The notes beneath the pieces are model-generated. The model was given only the letters and a program-made list of their open reading frames with translations. It had not been told where the DNA came from and ran no database searches. A stretch of 33,000 nt of DNA, from assembly GCA_976226885.1 (NCBI GenBank), contig OZ320316.1, forward strand, positions 81,096,001 through 81,129,000, in the 5' to 3' direction. The DNA is from Iphione sp. A-MEVVRFRX5 (taxonomy: Eukaryota). The position numbers and the translations under genes are program-made. Below are positions 12,109-25,595 of the stretch, piece after piece. How positions within the stretch are numbered: position 1 is the stretch's first letter; every line of letters begins with the position of its first letter.

Positions 12109-12134
12109 TGAATCTTGAATCTTGAATCTTGAAT
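12109..12134 (+). repeat. (TGAATCT)n short tandem repeat, possibly a retroposon 3' tail
   Basis: TGAATCT x3 plus TGAAT, preceded by a T-rich stretch. Confidence 0.8.
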
Positions 12135-14150
12135 TAGTTGTAGAGAAACCATACAGGCATATACCTCTGAATGTGTAACCGATTACTTAACTGGTTTGTA
12201 TGAGGTTATAACTGGGTGAGCCAAATACTACCAAAATACAGAAAAAAAATCCTCCTGGCCTTTTAGATTGCAGCATTACAATGCTCACTCTATGTGCCTT
12301 GGTGTGAATACTTGAGAGATGATATCCAAATTTAGTAACCTGACCATGTTAGCAGCATGATTGTTGGCTAAGAGCAGTACCCTGCCGATACCATTCTGTT
12401 CAACAACAGCGTATTACAGGAAATGATCGGTGATACTTGCCAGTGACTGCGGTCCTTATATATCTACTGACAAAACCTCCAAGTTTTTACATTTCTCGAA
12501 CGCAGTTCCTAACAGAGTCTAAAGTTTAGTGCGAAACGTTTACCGAAAAACATCTTTGGATAAGCCAATCTCTAGTATTTTGACAGCCCTGAAACCGTCC
12601 AGTGTTTTTAATCTTGATGACTAATCCGTTCAATTTATACCACGAGCACACAATATTCAGACACTTCTGCCTCCTAGCTGTAAGTATAGTATGTCTTTAG
12701 CACATATGACTATGCTTTGATTATCAGCAGATTGTGATGGATGGCAATGTTAGTCAAGACCATCTGCAGCAATCATTAATCAGTACTACAAAATATGGTC
12801 ACGGTGAACACTACAGTGAACAAGATTGCATCTTATCCTGTGTGTTAATACAGGTGCACCAGAGTTTCATTGACTGCCCTAAGCAGTATATGTACCTACA
12901 CGATTTGCCTGGTATGAAGCCACGCTGGTAGGAACGCGCAAAATCATTTAGCAACAAATTTGATACAAGTCTTATGTAGACCAGGAGTTCGGTTTTCCTG
13001 AGGCTGACAGTATTAATATTTGCCCATAATTTGACGGGCACCGACTAGGGCCTTTTTTAATAAAAGGAAACAATCCAAGTCATTTCTAACTCCTTACAAA
13101 TGAGTTTCGCAACGAAATAATACTAAACATGGTATGCCTCCGAGTTCACGACTCAGGAGCCCTTCTGATGATCTTCATGGTAACATGGCGTGAATGATTT
13201 CCAAATATTAAGCTTATGGATCATGGTCCCAAGCCTTCCTAGCCACACATTCTCACATGCGGTCTGGGGCAGTGCAAGATCGTCTTTGATGTGCATGGGG
13301 CTGTAGGTGTGCCACAGTCCCTCCCTTTCAATACATTATTTGTTGGAGTATTTAGAACATGCTCACAACCACATTCGATCTTGATGATTCCACACGCACC
13401 ACTTAATATTTATGCTGCCTCCTCTATTGCAACAGCAGAATGTACATGTGAATTGTAATGACGACATGCAAACTCCCTGGGAAACAGTAGCCGAGCCGTG
13501 GCGTCCAGTAGATCATGATATACATGAATTACGACCCTCTACATCATATGACACCTGCGCAAGCAACCGGAAAAGACAGTTTTATGTGAAATAACGAAAC
13601 TATGCATGCTTTATATGTATGGCCAGCATGCATACATCCTACCTGATTTATGCACTATGTTCTTTCCTGCTGCCTCGTCTAGTTTCCTTTCGCCCTGGGT
13701 GGGCCATTAGACAGGCTTGACACTTGATATTATAGTGGATTCTACAATTAGGTAAGAAGGGGCACTCTGTATATAGAATCAGGCCCTTATGAAGGCGTCA
13801 CAACCTTCTCGAAAGGATAGTTCATGGACAAAATATTAAAACCGGGTGGACTCGATATTTACTTTACAAATTGGTTTGAATTACGGTTTCTCAGTCATGA
13901 AATGAATCAGGAGTCTTATAACTTCCTCGTTAGTCTGGCCTTAGACATTCAACAGTGGAATTGTAATAATACATAAGAAGTGTTCGATATTCTGTCACGA
14001 TAACGTTCACCTGTTTGCATTAGTTAGCTTTACTATCAATACGTATGTATGCACTTCTGTACAGTGCACGTAGTAGAACTGCTCCTGTTCTTTTCTTAAA
14101 GGACAAGCCTATAACCATGTGAGGACCCAGTAAATAAATACATGTATATC

Positions 14151-14202
14151 ACCGGGACGTTTTCATCGCTAACAGTTGTCTGCTGCAGTCATCAGATCCA
14201 GT
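14151..14202 (-). ncRNA. Degenerate minimal type I hammerhead-ribozyme-like motif
   Basis: Minus strand ACTGG-AT-CTGATGA-CTGCAGCAG ACAA CTGTTAGCGAT-GAAA-ACGTC-CCGGT: core boxes in order, a stem II hairpin, and ACTGG/CCGGT pairing. The junctions are non-canonical. Confidence 0.3.
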
Positions 14203-15920
14203 ACGCAAGGATATACTACACTCTCCTCCCTTACGTTAGACACTGTTTTCGCTTTAATGTAGAGCTTGAACCAGGACTTAAGAGTTACATGAATACATTC
14301 ATGAAGCGTGAGAAGGAACTATTTCGTCTCATATGAACAGATCTTTTTATCGGATAAATTTGGGCTAGAAGAAGGGAGAGATACTAAAACTCGCATGTCA
14401 CCCCTTATTGGTAGTACTGTGCTAAGTTATTCCCATTTGATTAGTGTCCATTGAGGCACACGTCGCGTATTCTAAGGCCTAAATACAAACTGGAGTGCAG
14501 GCAAGCGCAGATTGATGGTTGTGCAGTGCAGGATGAATTGTGGTTTTCATCGTGCTATTAAATCATGAGCAGTGAAACTCGTTGTATACCGTCGTGTTCG
14601 CCTTGTGGAAAAACATTGATCGGTTAGTATTAAATTGCTAGTAGCGATAAAGTATACTGATTTATAACACCGTGCAGACAGGATTCTTGTTTGAAATATG
14701 CATAACTTACCTCGATATTTGTATGACTTTTATTGATACATTTAAAGGACGTCAGAGGGAAAATAAGACGAAACGTAAAATATTTCATGTTCACTGCAGT
14801 CGCCTAGCTTTGACAAATACAGATTGTATGGAAATACATTGCTACAACATATCCCTTTATTGGGAAATCTTTAAGATGAAAAGGGACAGCACAATTCGAA
14901 GGCGACATTTAAACATTCCAGCAGCCATTGTGTGCAAAGCGTTCATGGTGGGAAGGAAATCCTTGTAGGAAAGACTGGATGAACTATCCAGAAAACAATG
15001 TAGATTTCTCTTGTCTATAAGACCTTTGATTGTCCAGCTTAAAGCTGTCCTACTTTGACATTTACTCAAGATTTACATGCGTTCGCTGTCATGCCAGTAT
15101 AAAAAAATGTAGTTTGGTCCTGGCATTGCTATGTTGACATATACAATGTCAATATTAATATGACCATGGGCATCGGCATTTCAGGTCACGAAGAGTCCAG
15201 TAGTGTAGAATATACACTGGTAAGCCTCGACAAGGAAGCAGAATTTCAAAAGTAACGTAATTGCCTATTTCTTGCTGATAATGAGCGCCTTATAATGAAG
15301 GCATGACTATTACTATGCATTACGGTTATTCTCCTAGACGTTAGTCCCCCTGTTATTGATCAGTATGTATCAGGCAGACGTGTACCTAAAGACACGTACA
15401 TAATTATGCGTATTGCTGCCACTAGCTCTCATGAACACATCATTGCATGAGGTGTCCCATTTGCTAGACTAAAGTAACATTATCATGTTGCATTTAATAT
15501 AAGTACGTGTAAATGTATCTATTATCATCTTAAATGAAGCATAACGAGCAAAGCTAATTACAACATTATCACTGATTCTGCACTCGCCAGCGACACCTTT
15601 TCTATAGTACTTTACTAATGATATGCAGAGCAGACTTACTCAGCTAGTTTTAAATTCACGGAAATGAATAATGTCACCAATGTGATATAAGCTAGAGTTG
15701 TGAGTTTTTCGTTGACAAAGTAACAAACATCTTTTTCAGACGTAATGTAAGCAGTGTATTACTGTTAGTATTTTTGTTTTAAACCGCCTTTATTTTAAGC
15801 TGTCAGTGAAAAAACCTTGCGTTCATTTCCGTTTCGAATTAGGTTTATTATGGCCTTAGTTATCATTAAGGAGATAAAATCAAATACTGTGAATAGTATT
15901 CATTCCCATGACAGTGACAA

Positions 15921-16453
15921 GGCTAATCCAATGTATACCTTAATTTGTGCCCATGCAAATTGACACGGGGTGTGGCAGATCCAAGAAAACTGTAATATAC
16001 CATGAAGTAAAATTTTCAAAATTCAAATATCTAGACAACAATTCTTCTCAATAAAAAATGTGCCAAATACTATTGAAACAGATAGAACAAATATAAGGAC
16101 GGTGTTTATGCTGCCTGGTCCGTCACCGATTAACTCTACCCCTAATATTCGCATGCTAGCATTTGTAGGCTAGTATCTAAAGATGGCGAAAACCAGTAAT
16201 GTTGGGAGAAATATTCAAAGATTAGGAAATATTCAACATAATGTCTAAGAAACAAAAGGAGGGGCAAAACTCTAAAATCCGCTGTCCCCATGGCCACAGC
16301 ATGCCCACAATCCAGGGAGTGTGCAAATTGATAATTCCAGAGTCAGTGTCTGATTTTGCCGACTTTGTCTATGGATTTGCATATCTCTTTTCTTCCATCT
16401 GCTTATTGATGTTAATCCCATCCTAGGCCTTCTTGGGTTGATATGTATCAGCC
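15921..16453. mobile_element. Possible MITE
   Basis: Short imperfect terminal inverted repeat GGCTAATCCA / TGTATCAGCC. No clear TSD. Confidence 0.2.
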
Positions 16454-16849
16454 TCTGGAAAATGAATGTTTGAAACAGAAAATAACACTTGATATGTGTG
16501 ACTTATTCTACCAAACTCAGTCCGATGTGACCGAAAGACTTTCGACTGGGACAAACATGTTTTTTCGTTTTTCGGAAAAAATTCCTTTGCAATAAATCAA
16601 GTGTATGAAACGCTACAGTATGAAAACGAGATTAACAGGAGAACTAAGAAAAACCAGTGGTTCCAGCTTCGTTAATTTAGATGATTAAGATTGGCAACGG
16701 TATTGCTAGTCTTAGATTAATGCTCTGGAGACCAGACCATGGGAGAGACAATATAATGGAAGAGACCCAGATGTAAAATATTCAGAAAGCTTAACTATAT
16801 CCAGAACTGAGTCCTGATGCAACGAGCTGTGGACAGACGCAACAATGAC

Positions 16850-17092
16850 TCCCTCACCTTGCTACATCTCTTTGCGGTCTCGCCTGATGTCCTTTTACCT
16901 CTCCTCACCTGACTACCATCCCTTGTTGTCTCCTCTGATGTCCTTGTACCTCTCCCTGCCTGACTACTGCCCCGCCCCCCTGTTCTCTCCTCTGATGCCT
17001 TTGTATCTCTCCCCACCTGACTACCATTCCCCGTTCTCTCCTCTTATGTCCTCGTAGCTCCTGCCTGACTACCGTCCCTCTGTTATCTCCTC
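16850..17092. repeat. Pyrimidine-rich minisatellite, ~51-bp unit, ~4.7 copies
   Basis: CCTGACTAC-like anchors at 16857, 16908, 16959, 17016 and 17064 (periods 51, 51, 57, 48). Confidence 0.92.
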
Positions 17093-17639
17093 ATCATTGT
17101 ATGCCCACCAACGTGGGTCTCAGAAGGGGACGTCAGGATAAAATACAACTCCCTCACTATTCCACCACCCTCTCTATTGCAGGCATAAATCGCTTGGAAT
17201 CAAGCAGGGTTGGCATAGTAAAGTTTTGCTGTACAATAGCTCAAGCATGGCACAATATGTGCAGATTTCCCGTTTTCTTTACTCTGTGATTTGTCTAGAA
17301 TATGTCATTTAACAATATAAATATACTCCTGCGAAGAAAATCTTATATTCTCCATAGTGATAAATACCATTGTGGTAGTTGTTGCCCACAGCTGTTCTAG
17401 TTTGGGCTAGAGAGTTAGCTCAGTTCCTTAGTGCACCGACTAGCTCTACTCCACTATCTAGACCTTCTGGGTGATGGAACTTCAAGCTTGAGTGTGATAA
17501 TGCTGACCATTATTAACCCGACGGACTTGCAATAGTTCACTTTCACTTTCACTGGTTTTCAATGATAATAAAGACAATATGAATACTTTTGATCAATTAG
17601 CATGAGTTTCACAGTTTTTTGTTTTATTTCCATGGATTT

Positions 17640-17804
17640 TATTGATTTTCTACTGAATTTAGCAAAAATATGCAGCATGAAAACACATATCTAAGGAAAT
17701 TCAGCTTTGGAAACTCTTTAGGGCTAAAAAATGTTTAGGTAGGGTGAGGTTTTACTAGGTAGGGGTGGGTTACTAGAAACACACCTATATTTTTTTGGGC
17801 CTTA
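17640..17804 (+). mobile_element. MITE end (Zator-like), GGCC followed by TTA
   Basis: ...GGTAGGGGTGGGTTACTAGAAACACACCTATATTTTTTTGGGCC|TTA. Its reverse complement aligns over ~160 bp with 30800-30965. Confidence 0.75.
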
Positions 17805-17950
17805 GGAATACAGTGTATACACTCCTGATGAAGTAATAATTTGTTAGGGAAAATATATTTTTAACGACCTGAAGGACTCCTTCCATATTGCTGGGTTAGC
17901 ACTTTAAACAAAAAAACTGACAGTGTCCTCACCTTGCAGGTCGGGAGTAT

Positions 17951-18030
17951 CCCAGCAAACAATGTGTTTTGGTTGTAGTAATGTTATTGTATAACATTGT
18001 AGCAACGTAAAAAGATGAAGTTTTTTTAAA
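17951..18030 (+). mobile_element. Possible CACTA/EnSpm-type non-autonomous element end
   Basis: CCCAGCAAACA terminus followed by short AATGTT/AACATT/AACGT palindromic motifs. A matching TTGCTGGG lies at 17888-17895. Confidence 0.25.
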
Positions 18031-21000
18031 GTGTCTACAATGTTGGAAAAAAAACTTTCCTGATGCCATGACAAAAGTGTCACTGCCCAACACGGTTTCT
18101 TAAATCTTAAGACCACCACCTAATCCGCTGAGCTATTTTGACTTGTTATAAACAGTTGTTAACAATGGCTTATCTTCATTGTCCAATGTAATCAAACTAC
18201 ACTCTAAACACATAATTAACTAAACTTACAATATTCTAGTCCTGTTTCATCCTAATGTTATTTAAATATTATGATTTTCACATTTTGCTAATTGTAGTAG
18301 ATGATCATACTTTAATCCCCATTTTATTGTACGATTTACACCTTACTCATTTATGTTACGTCTCTCTACAGTACCTCAAGATCCACTTCTCTATGTATCT
18401 TCTTCTGTCAGGAAATGCTTTCAGCAAAGGTATTTTAGTAGTATGAAAGGACGGCAAACTTAAATACTTTAACATGGGGAAAGTGCAACCGTTCAATACT
18501 TGGTCATATCTATGTTCAAAGCGCCAGGAGAGCTTTATGTTACCGCAAAATGTTGTAGCTTGGTCATCGCAAGTGAAACTCGGAGTTATTTTCCTGAACA
18601 TTACCAGTGCCGCTGCTCTTCCATCCGCAACAGTCAATAACCCTGACGCAAAGTGTGCGTGCTTTAAGGCCATGGTCTCAACTGCAAGCCTATATTACTC
18701 TTGCTCCTCACATAATAGCAAACTCTAGCTGGCTGAGATTAAAGGCTCTACCAGAGGAGATCATATTCCTCGCATTGCTTTTTATGTTGTTGTTGAGCAG
18801 TGAGAAGCAAATTCTATATTATGATAATAAAAAATAATGATGATAATTCTTCTAACCATTGTTCATCGATGCCCTTCGAGGCCTAGCATTACAGCTGTGT
18901 TGTTCTTAGACCACGTTAAACATACTAATCATGAATGTCACAATTTCGTTCCGAAACCTTCTTATTGTCCACAAGTTCGTCCACATGACCAATGACAACT
19001 GATTCATGATCGCATAGCAGAAGTAGTCCGCCCCCGCGCCCTGTGTGCGATACTCCGAAAGACTTTATATATTATTCTCCTGAAAATTATGGGGGAGGCC
19101 TAAATCAGATAAAACTACTGTGTGTATACGACCGCTTCCTAAAATATTGTACATATTACGTATCTATTGTCACGGTTGAAAGATATTCTGGCACATGTGT
19201 GGAAAGGAACAAGGTCTCTTCTTACACCACCGCCAGCCAGCATAAGGCAAGTAGGGTAGCCGAATACCAAAATTATACGATTTCAACTATGTGACTTAAC
19301 ATGAGTCTGGCATGGAAACGAAATGTACGGTCTTTCCTGCTACTATACGCGTATCATCCGCCGGACTTTCTTTGCCGTATGACTATGTATATCTTGTCTG
19401 CATGTGCTCGATATTTCAAAGGCAAGGTATACACGAACGCAGCTCACTTCATCTCTTAGTGTATGCTCTGCCACCCTAGATGATCGTATGGTGTGTCGTA
19501 TTTCGTGCAAGAAGAGGGACGTAGCGATAGATAAGAATAATGCGTCCGACTAACTGACTGAAAAGGCATCTTCCAATGCAGTTTCATGAAAGGTGGAACG
19601 GAGCAGTATTTTTGACAACAGTTGGATGGATCCCAAATCCTCTTTCAATATAATTAAACGTTGGCAAATATAGCTGCACGTTTATTTTCTAGTCATGACC
19701 TGAGCATTAGCGGTGCACTTCTCCTTCTTATGATCAGTGCCTCAGAGTAAAACGGTCTAGTGTCGCCAACCCGAAAGTAATGACATCCTCGAAAGGTTTT
19801 AGCGAGTGTATTAACAGAGAACGTTCTTTGTACAACCATCTCTGGAGAAAGAGAATAAACATTCTGATCAAAGGTCATACTATATGAAGTGAGAAATATA
19901 TTTTTTCAGGACATATTCATATATGGTATCTGTAAAAAATACGTATTATACCATTTTTTGTAAATACTGTTTCGTGGTTTATTACAGCATGGGCGCTATA
20001 ATGAAATTTTCAATATCGCATTAACATCCCTCGGTGGGCGTAACCAGAAATAGGCTCCAGTCCTGAGCACATATTCACAACTTATTCACCAATATCTACC
20101 CATATTTGATTTCATTTTGGTTATAAAATCCGGCGAACAAAAGAATGTATGTCCTCATTTATATAATTGAAACAGATCTGACATGTACATCTTGGCCGAT
20201 CTGGAATCCTGGTCCACCAACTCTCATCTATTGTGCAAAGTAATCTGCATCCTCGCTTCTCCTTACTTCTGGAAAGTAGATACCATTTACATGCATTTCT
20301 AGATCGCGGTACCCAACCAAACATGATTTGACATAGACTCATTTCCCACAATATCATGTGCCCTGGATATTGCGATTGTATCGCGTTAGAGTTTTTATGG
20401 ACATGAAGATCTGCTCTATCGAAGATTGTACTTGATAACTATATGTAAAATGACGGCAGTTAATTTTACAAAACGATAAGAGCTTTTTCAAGCCCGACCG
20501 CAAATTACTTCATACGCAGTGGGAAATGTCAAATATTTGTAGATATTTGGTGATTAATTGATCCTACATGACATCACCGTGAGGTATGGTGAAGTCGAAA
20601 AATAGATTATAACCAGTTGTCGTTATGGAATTTTCTCTAATAAGGACTCCCCTGGCATAATGTCAAAAGGTATGAATAATTATAAAATACATAATGGTAT
20701 AATCCAACGCAATATTCACCTCTGTCGGATCATCAATCCCAACTGTGGCATTCGTATTGGGTAAAGGATGAACGTCTGGCTGTAGTTTCTTACAGAAGTA
20801 AATTACACCAAGCATTAAGCCTATGAGTTAATCCGAAGCAGTTCATAAGGACTCCACAATGAGAGTACTGTATTCATGGCTCGTGAATTTCTGTTCCCCC
20901 AAACTGCCCTAATTCAAGAAATAGTCATGTAGGAATACGGGGTTATAATCCTCTCCCCTATCTTGTCTGACGCACACATATATAGCAACTGGATCTAGAA

Positions 21001-22699
21001 TTAGTTTAGGACAAGCCTTTATCAGACACACGGACGTCAACACTACATTGCCCAGTATACTGGTTGCTTTAAGTTAATCATATACGAAGTTACGTTGGCG
21101 TATTTAATTGTTCACACCATCCACGTCACGCAACAAATATATAAAATTGTGAGTTTGATCTATGTCTGTTTTTACGTACCACGGCCGTCCATGCTTTGCT
21201 AGTGAAAAGAAGTCTGCCGTACAAAAGGCAGAGTGTTACTGAGCTGAACATCTAGTTGAACAACTTCTATATGGAAATGAAGAGAAATAGGAAGGCTCTA
21301 TGAATTCAAAGATCTTTTCTATCTTTTCTGACATTAACCGAAGACTTCTATGGACGTCAGTCGTCTATAGCATACCCCCAAAGTTTGATAGCAGGAAATA
21401 AGACATGTGAAGGTTACGCCGATCGAATGTTGACAGATTCCGCATAAACCGACCTGCATCTGAAGGAATCCACTGCAAGCAAGGCAGGACATAATTCATC
21501 AGAGCTGCGAAGGCGCAAAGGGGTATTTCATGTCACCCTCTGTTGTTAGCATAAGATTGCCATCAAAGCTTTTAAGTAGGACGACATTTATGAGCAGTCC
21601 ATGATTTAATTTAAGTGTCCTAACGTGTACGGTGTTTAGGACCAGTTTTGCTTGGATCGAGCAAAAGATGGACAAGTTTAAACATTTTTTGTTAGAACCA
21701 AAGGAATGAACTATGCACAAGATATTAAGGTTTCTTTCCCGTGAAGAAAAGGTCTTTTTGGCCTCAATATTGATATGACTTTGAACTTGACCCGCCGACC
21801 AGGTAACGATTCAGTCTCGATGGGATTTTGGTTGTATAGGTTGACTCACAGATGTCGTCTGGAAAAGAAAGCGACGCAGAGACGTGTGTCCATTCAACAT
21901 CGCCTACCACGCCAATTTTGCAATGATTTTAGTCTTTTGTAATACTAAGAATAGAACTAGGCGATAGTGACCTGGCTGGGACTGGGGACGTTTTTATCAG
22001 GTGGTCATGGCCTTACACATTGGTAGTATGTTTTCATTTTCAGAAGACATTTTATTTGTATGCCTTGATAGAAGACTTACAAGGCCAAGATTCAAGTGGT
22101 TTTTAGTGCTGCTCACAGCCTATTTGTGGAAGCTAATGTGCATGGGTGTGGATAGAACAGGTATTTGTAATATACCACATCATGTTGCCAACATAAATGG
22201 TAAGAATACACATGGAAAGGAACACAAATGGTGGCAGAAGGGATGTCGGTGGGCCGGACATTATTCAACGAATGTTCCTGCCAGGCCGTGTCGAAGTGGT
22301 GCATGATAAGTATATCTACCTCCCATCAATGATACATATCTTTTCTATACTTCCCTATCGTTGCCCAGGAAAGGAAAATAACCAAAATATATAAATAGAT
22401 ATCTGATCTTACAGGATTTACTGTCTTTCAAGGGACATAAGGATGGCTAAGGTGTTAAGGACTGAGCGCCCAGGCCGTTTTATGCAGCTACCTGCTACTA
22501 GGTGGCATTGTGGAGAAACTGCGGGAGGCCCCGGGGCTAATGATCCACCTGTCAATCAGCCTTTCTTACTTCCTTCGTGGCTGAACCGTTCAAGCTTGAG
22601 AGACTAGACAGGCTAGAACGGGGTAATTTACCAAACTATCATGGGGGCGGCATATTTCGCCATAGCATTCACCGCTACATTGCATTAAACAAGAGTAGA

Positions 22700-23260
22700 A
22701 ATTGCACTGGTGTACTTAATATCGTCCACAATCACACCTCGTTAGGCTGAGATTATCCACCTCCCTCACTATCATTAGTACCCCACCGGTTATAAGTGAG
22801 ATGCCTTTGTCTTTTGCACCGCATTTAGCGGAGAGGTAGGCACGTAAATAAGAAATCAGCACTACTGCCACCTGTGAGCAGCCTACTGGTGCACAACACC
22901 ACAGCTAGTTCCATGGATGCAATGGCCGCATCTTGATGGCCAAGATCACACGGTCTCCTGGGGTTATTGAGATTAACTTACTGGCATGGCATGCATACTG
23001 AACACCTCTATCTGTCATCTTTTGACGCTTATAAACAGTAGAATGTGGCCTTTCCAGGGAAACGGTTGACTGGCCCGACGGCGGGAGGCAGTCTGTGGAC
23101 CGCGTCCTAGCCGTGCATCAACAGTTTTTTTTCTCAACCAGCAGCCCTTTCCCGTCCAATTCCCCTCCAAAGGAAGCAGTCTTAGTAAGAGGGGCAGGTG
23201 AGATATTGAAGAGGGAACTGGAGAGGACGGTCTTTTGTCGATAAATCCATCTGGCATGTG
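22700..23260 (-). mobile_element. Possible DIRS-type retrotransposon remnant (gag end / RT start)
   Basis: Locally GC-richer. The minus strand gives RQKTVLSS...PAPLTKTASFGGEL (gag-like APL..LFGG), then RW/VLMIVRE and VQFLLLFNA, which resemble the DIRS RT N-terminus WVL.I..GY and EV..LL.K.AI. Very degenerate. Confidence 0.3.
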
Positions 23261-25595
23261 AGGTGCATGCATCGGAGATTACGTAAAGTTGTGGAGTTTC
23301 TTTTGAAAGAAAGGCGGCATTATTTCCCTTCAGAAATTGATTGCTCAGCAAGAAAAACTTATTTCAAAGAACAGGTAATGACGTCTGTGAGCATAAGCAG
23401 AAAAACCTTCTTGTCTAAATTGAATACTTTCGAATGATCAAATGTAGGTTAATTTGCTTACGTCTGCCTATACAATGTTCTTCAGGGAACAAAAAAAAGT
23501 CGTCGAATAGGCCTTTAAGCTTGTCAATATCCGACGAGAACTACTTCTCCAACTAGCATGTTTCCAACAGTATATAGCGGTAACCTTTAAAGTTTTTTTT
23601 CTCGATATGTGTTTAAACTAGTTATCTAACCAAATTATCCGGGAACTGTTAGTGTTGGATAATGGGGATCACCTGTAGTTTCTTGTTGAGAGTTTCAAAT
23701 GTATGCCATTATGAATTATAGACTAGCCCTGGATCACATGATACCATTACCTTCTACAATGATTGGATGCATTCCAACGCACGCCACTGTCCAAACATTC
23801 CCAGATCACCAAGTCTTGAGTGAATTGGGACTGGTATTTATAGGGACCTTTTTCCTCCCTGTAATGGAGATACAGTTCACCTGTTGCTGCTCCTATTATT
23901 AGTATGGCACTACTCGTCAAGAGGATTCTTGGGCATGAACATGCAATGCAGCATACTAGAAAATACATAGCGTGCATAACAGATCCTTTTCCTGGTACAA
24001 TTTTCAACTGCTTTTGGCTATAGGCACTTTCTACACAATAATACCTTTTTAACTGTGCGTTGTGCTTGCAAAGATACTGGCCTTTGAAGTCATATTTGCT
24101 TTACATAATCTAGCCGAAGCACTCAATATTAGAAGTAAAACACGGATTTGTTTTACAGCAGGAATTCTAAGCAGGGAATTGATCTGTTTCCCATATTTGA
24201 GAGCGATTTTCTTTAAGTGTCTTAGTGTAAACATAAATATTATGTAGCTTTGGTAACTTATCCTTCAAATACAACTTTTGCCGTCATGAATAGAGGTGAG
24301 AACCATGAAGCTCAAATTTATTTGGGTATGTTAACTGGAAAGAGGTTGTTTTTCGGCCAGACCCATTGTTACGATGTTCTTCTGTCCTGCCCCTGTGCAG
24401 TCTTGTTTGCCCTAGAGGCAGGAAACCCAAAGGGCCACTTTTAAGAGACTATTGTCCTCTAGAATGACTGACTGATTCCCTCTGGGTCACTTTGGATTGT
24501 TGCACGGTATCTAGAGTAGTCCACACAATTTACGGATGCAGTGAAACACTATCTTCCTGACGCTATCTATAGGTATCAAGTTGACAAATCTCTTCCGTCT
24601 GTTTACATCTGCTATAATATCTTATGACGTAGCCGCTCAAAATATACTTGACACTTTCAAACAGCTTACTGTGTAGAGTACAGATGTGGTCCACGTTACG
24701 TATATCTGTGATTTCGTGTTATTAAGCCATATCAGCCTCACCCGAGTCTACTTAAAACATAAAACATGCACATTACTCGTAAGGTAAAGGAAGATGAACC
24801 ACTAGCGTTGTTAATTGTCAAGGGTGTAGTATGTATATTATGGCCTTGGTGTCATTAGTTCCTAGGCATGAGAACTAAAAGTGTCAGTATTCTCTTCGCC
24901 CGTGAGGTTAAACCCTAAGGTCTGTCATATTCTTGCTGTTAAAGGTCTAGGGAAATGGATTCCTGTGTGTGACATAGGACAATAAATGACCTCTGATTTG
25001 TGAGGACATGTTATACGAGGGGGCTTCAGGACTTCACTCTACTGTAGCTCCCTTTGTTAGGTGATCTGGAACCATGCTATTGGAATCAATATTACATGTA
25101 CTGGTATAACGTCGGTAATTGAACAATCAGGGACATCCATATGCTGTCCTCGACTCGCTGACTCTTTGTCTCTTGATTTGAAAGGATGAACAGTTGCCTG
25201 AAGTGGACACTCAGTTATTGAAGTACTAATCCATTTTTGGCAGAACATTGGTTTGTATTACAGTCACAAAAACAGGAGAAAGGTTTTCTTCGGTCCCTAT
25301 GCCATTAGTGCCTGGGAAAATCATATTGAGTACTGAGAGGTAATGTTCGGCCAATGACCTTATTATACACAGGATTTCGAGTGTTGTAACACAGAATTCA
25401 ACTGTAAGCAGGGCTCTTCAGGAAAGGAAGTTGGGGGAAGTTGCGTCTTGAGATCAAACATCCGGTTTCCATGAACAAATGCCCAGTAGACCACGAGTTT
25501 GTTAGAGTTCCACGAACTGTAAATGGACAAACAAACTTCTTTCCCAACTGCTTGAACATCTGACTGTCAACAGGAAAGCCACGCACGAAGTTGCA

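Noticed and set aside
12508-12540. Hammerhead candidate ending GCGAAACGTT (similar partial matches at ~13096 and ~17826)
   Set aside because: The CUGANGA core or stem II is broken and there is no convincing stem I.
12300-12620. CR1-type RT remnant on the + strand (ILFNNSVLQE/VILASD)
   Set aside because: Too degenerate; no catalytic motifs seen.
17408-17445. Second SINE head (GAGTTAGCTCAGT)
   Set aside because: A-box-like match only; no B box or body similarity to the 10.2-kb SINE.
21499-21720. Fibrinogen-domain-like peptide (LLKSFDGN)
   Set aside because: Lacks the conserved Trp/Gly residues (FWLG) and flanking motifs; probably chance.
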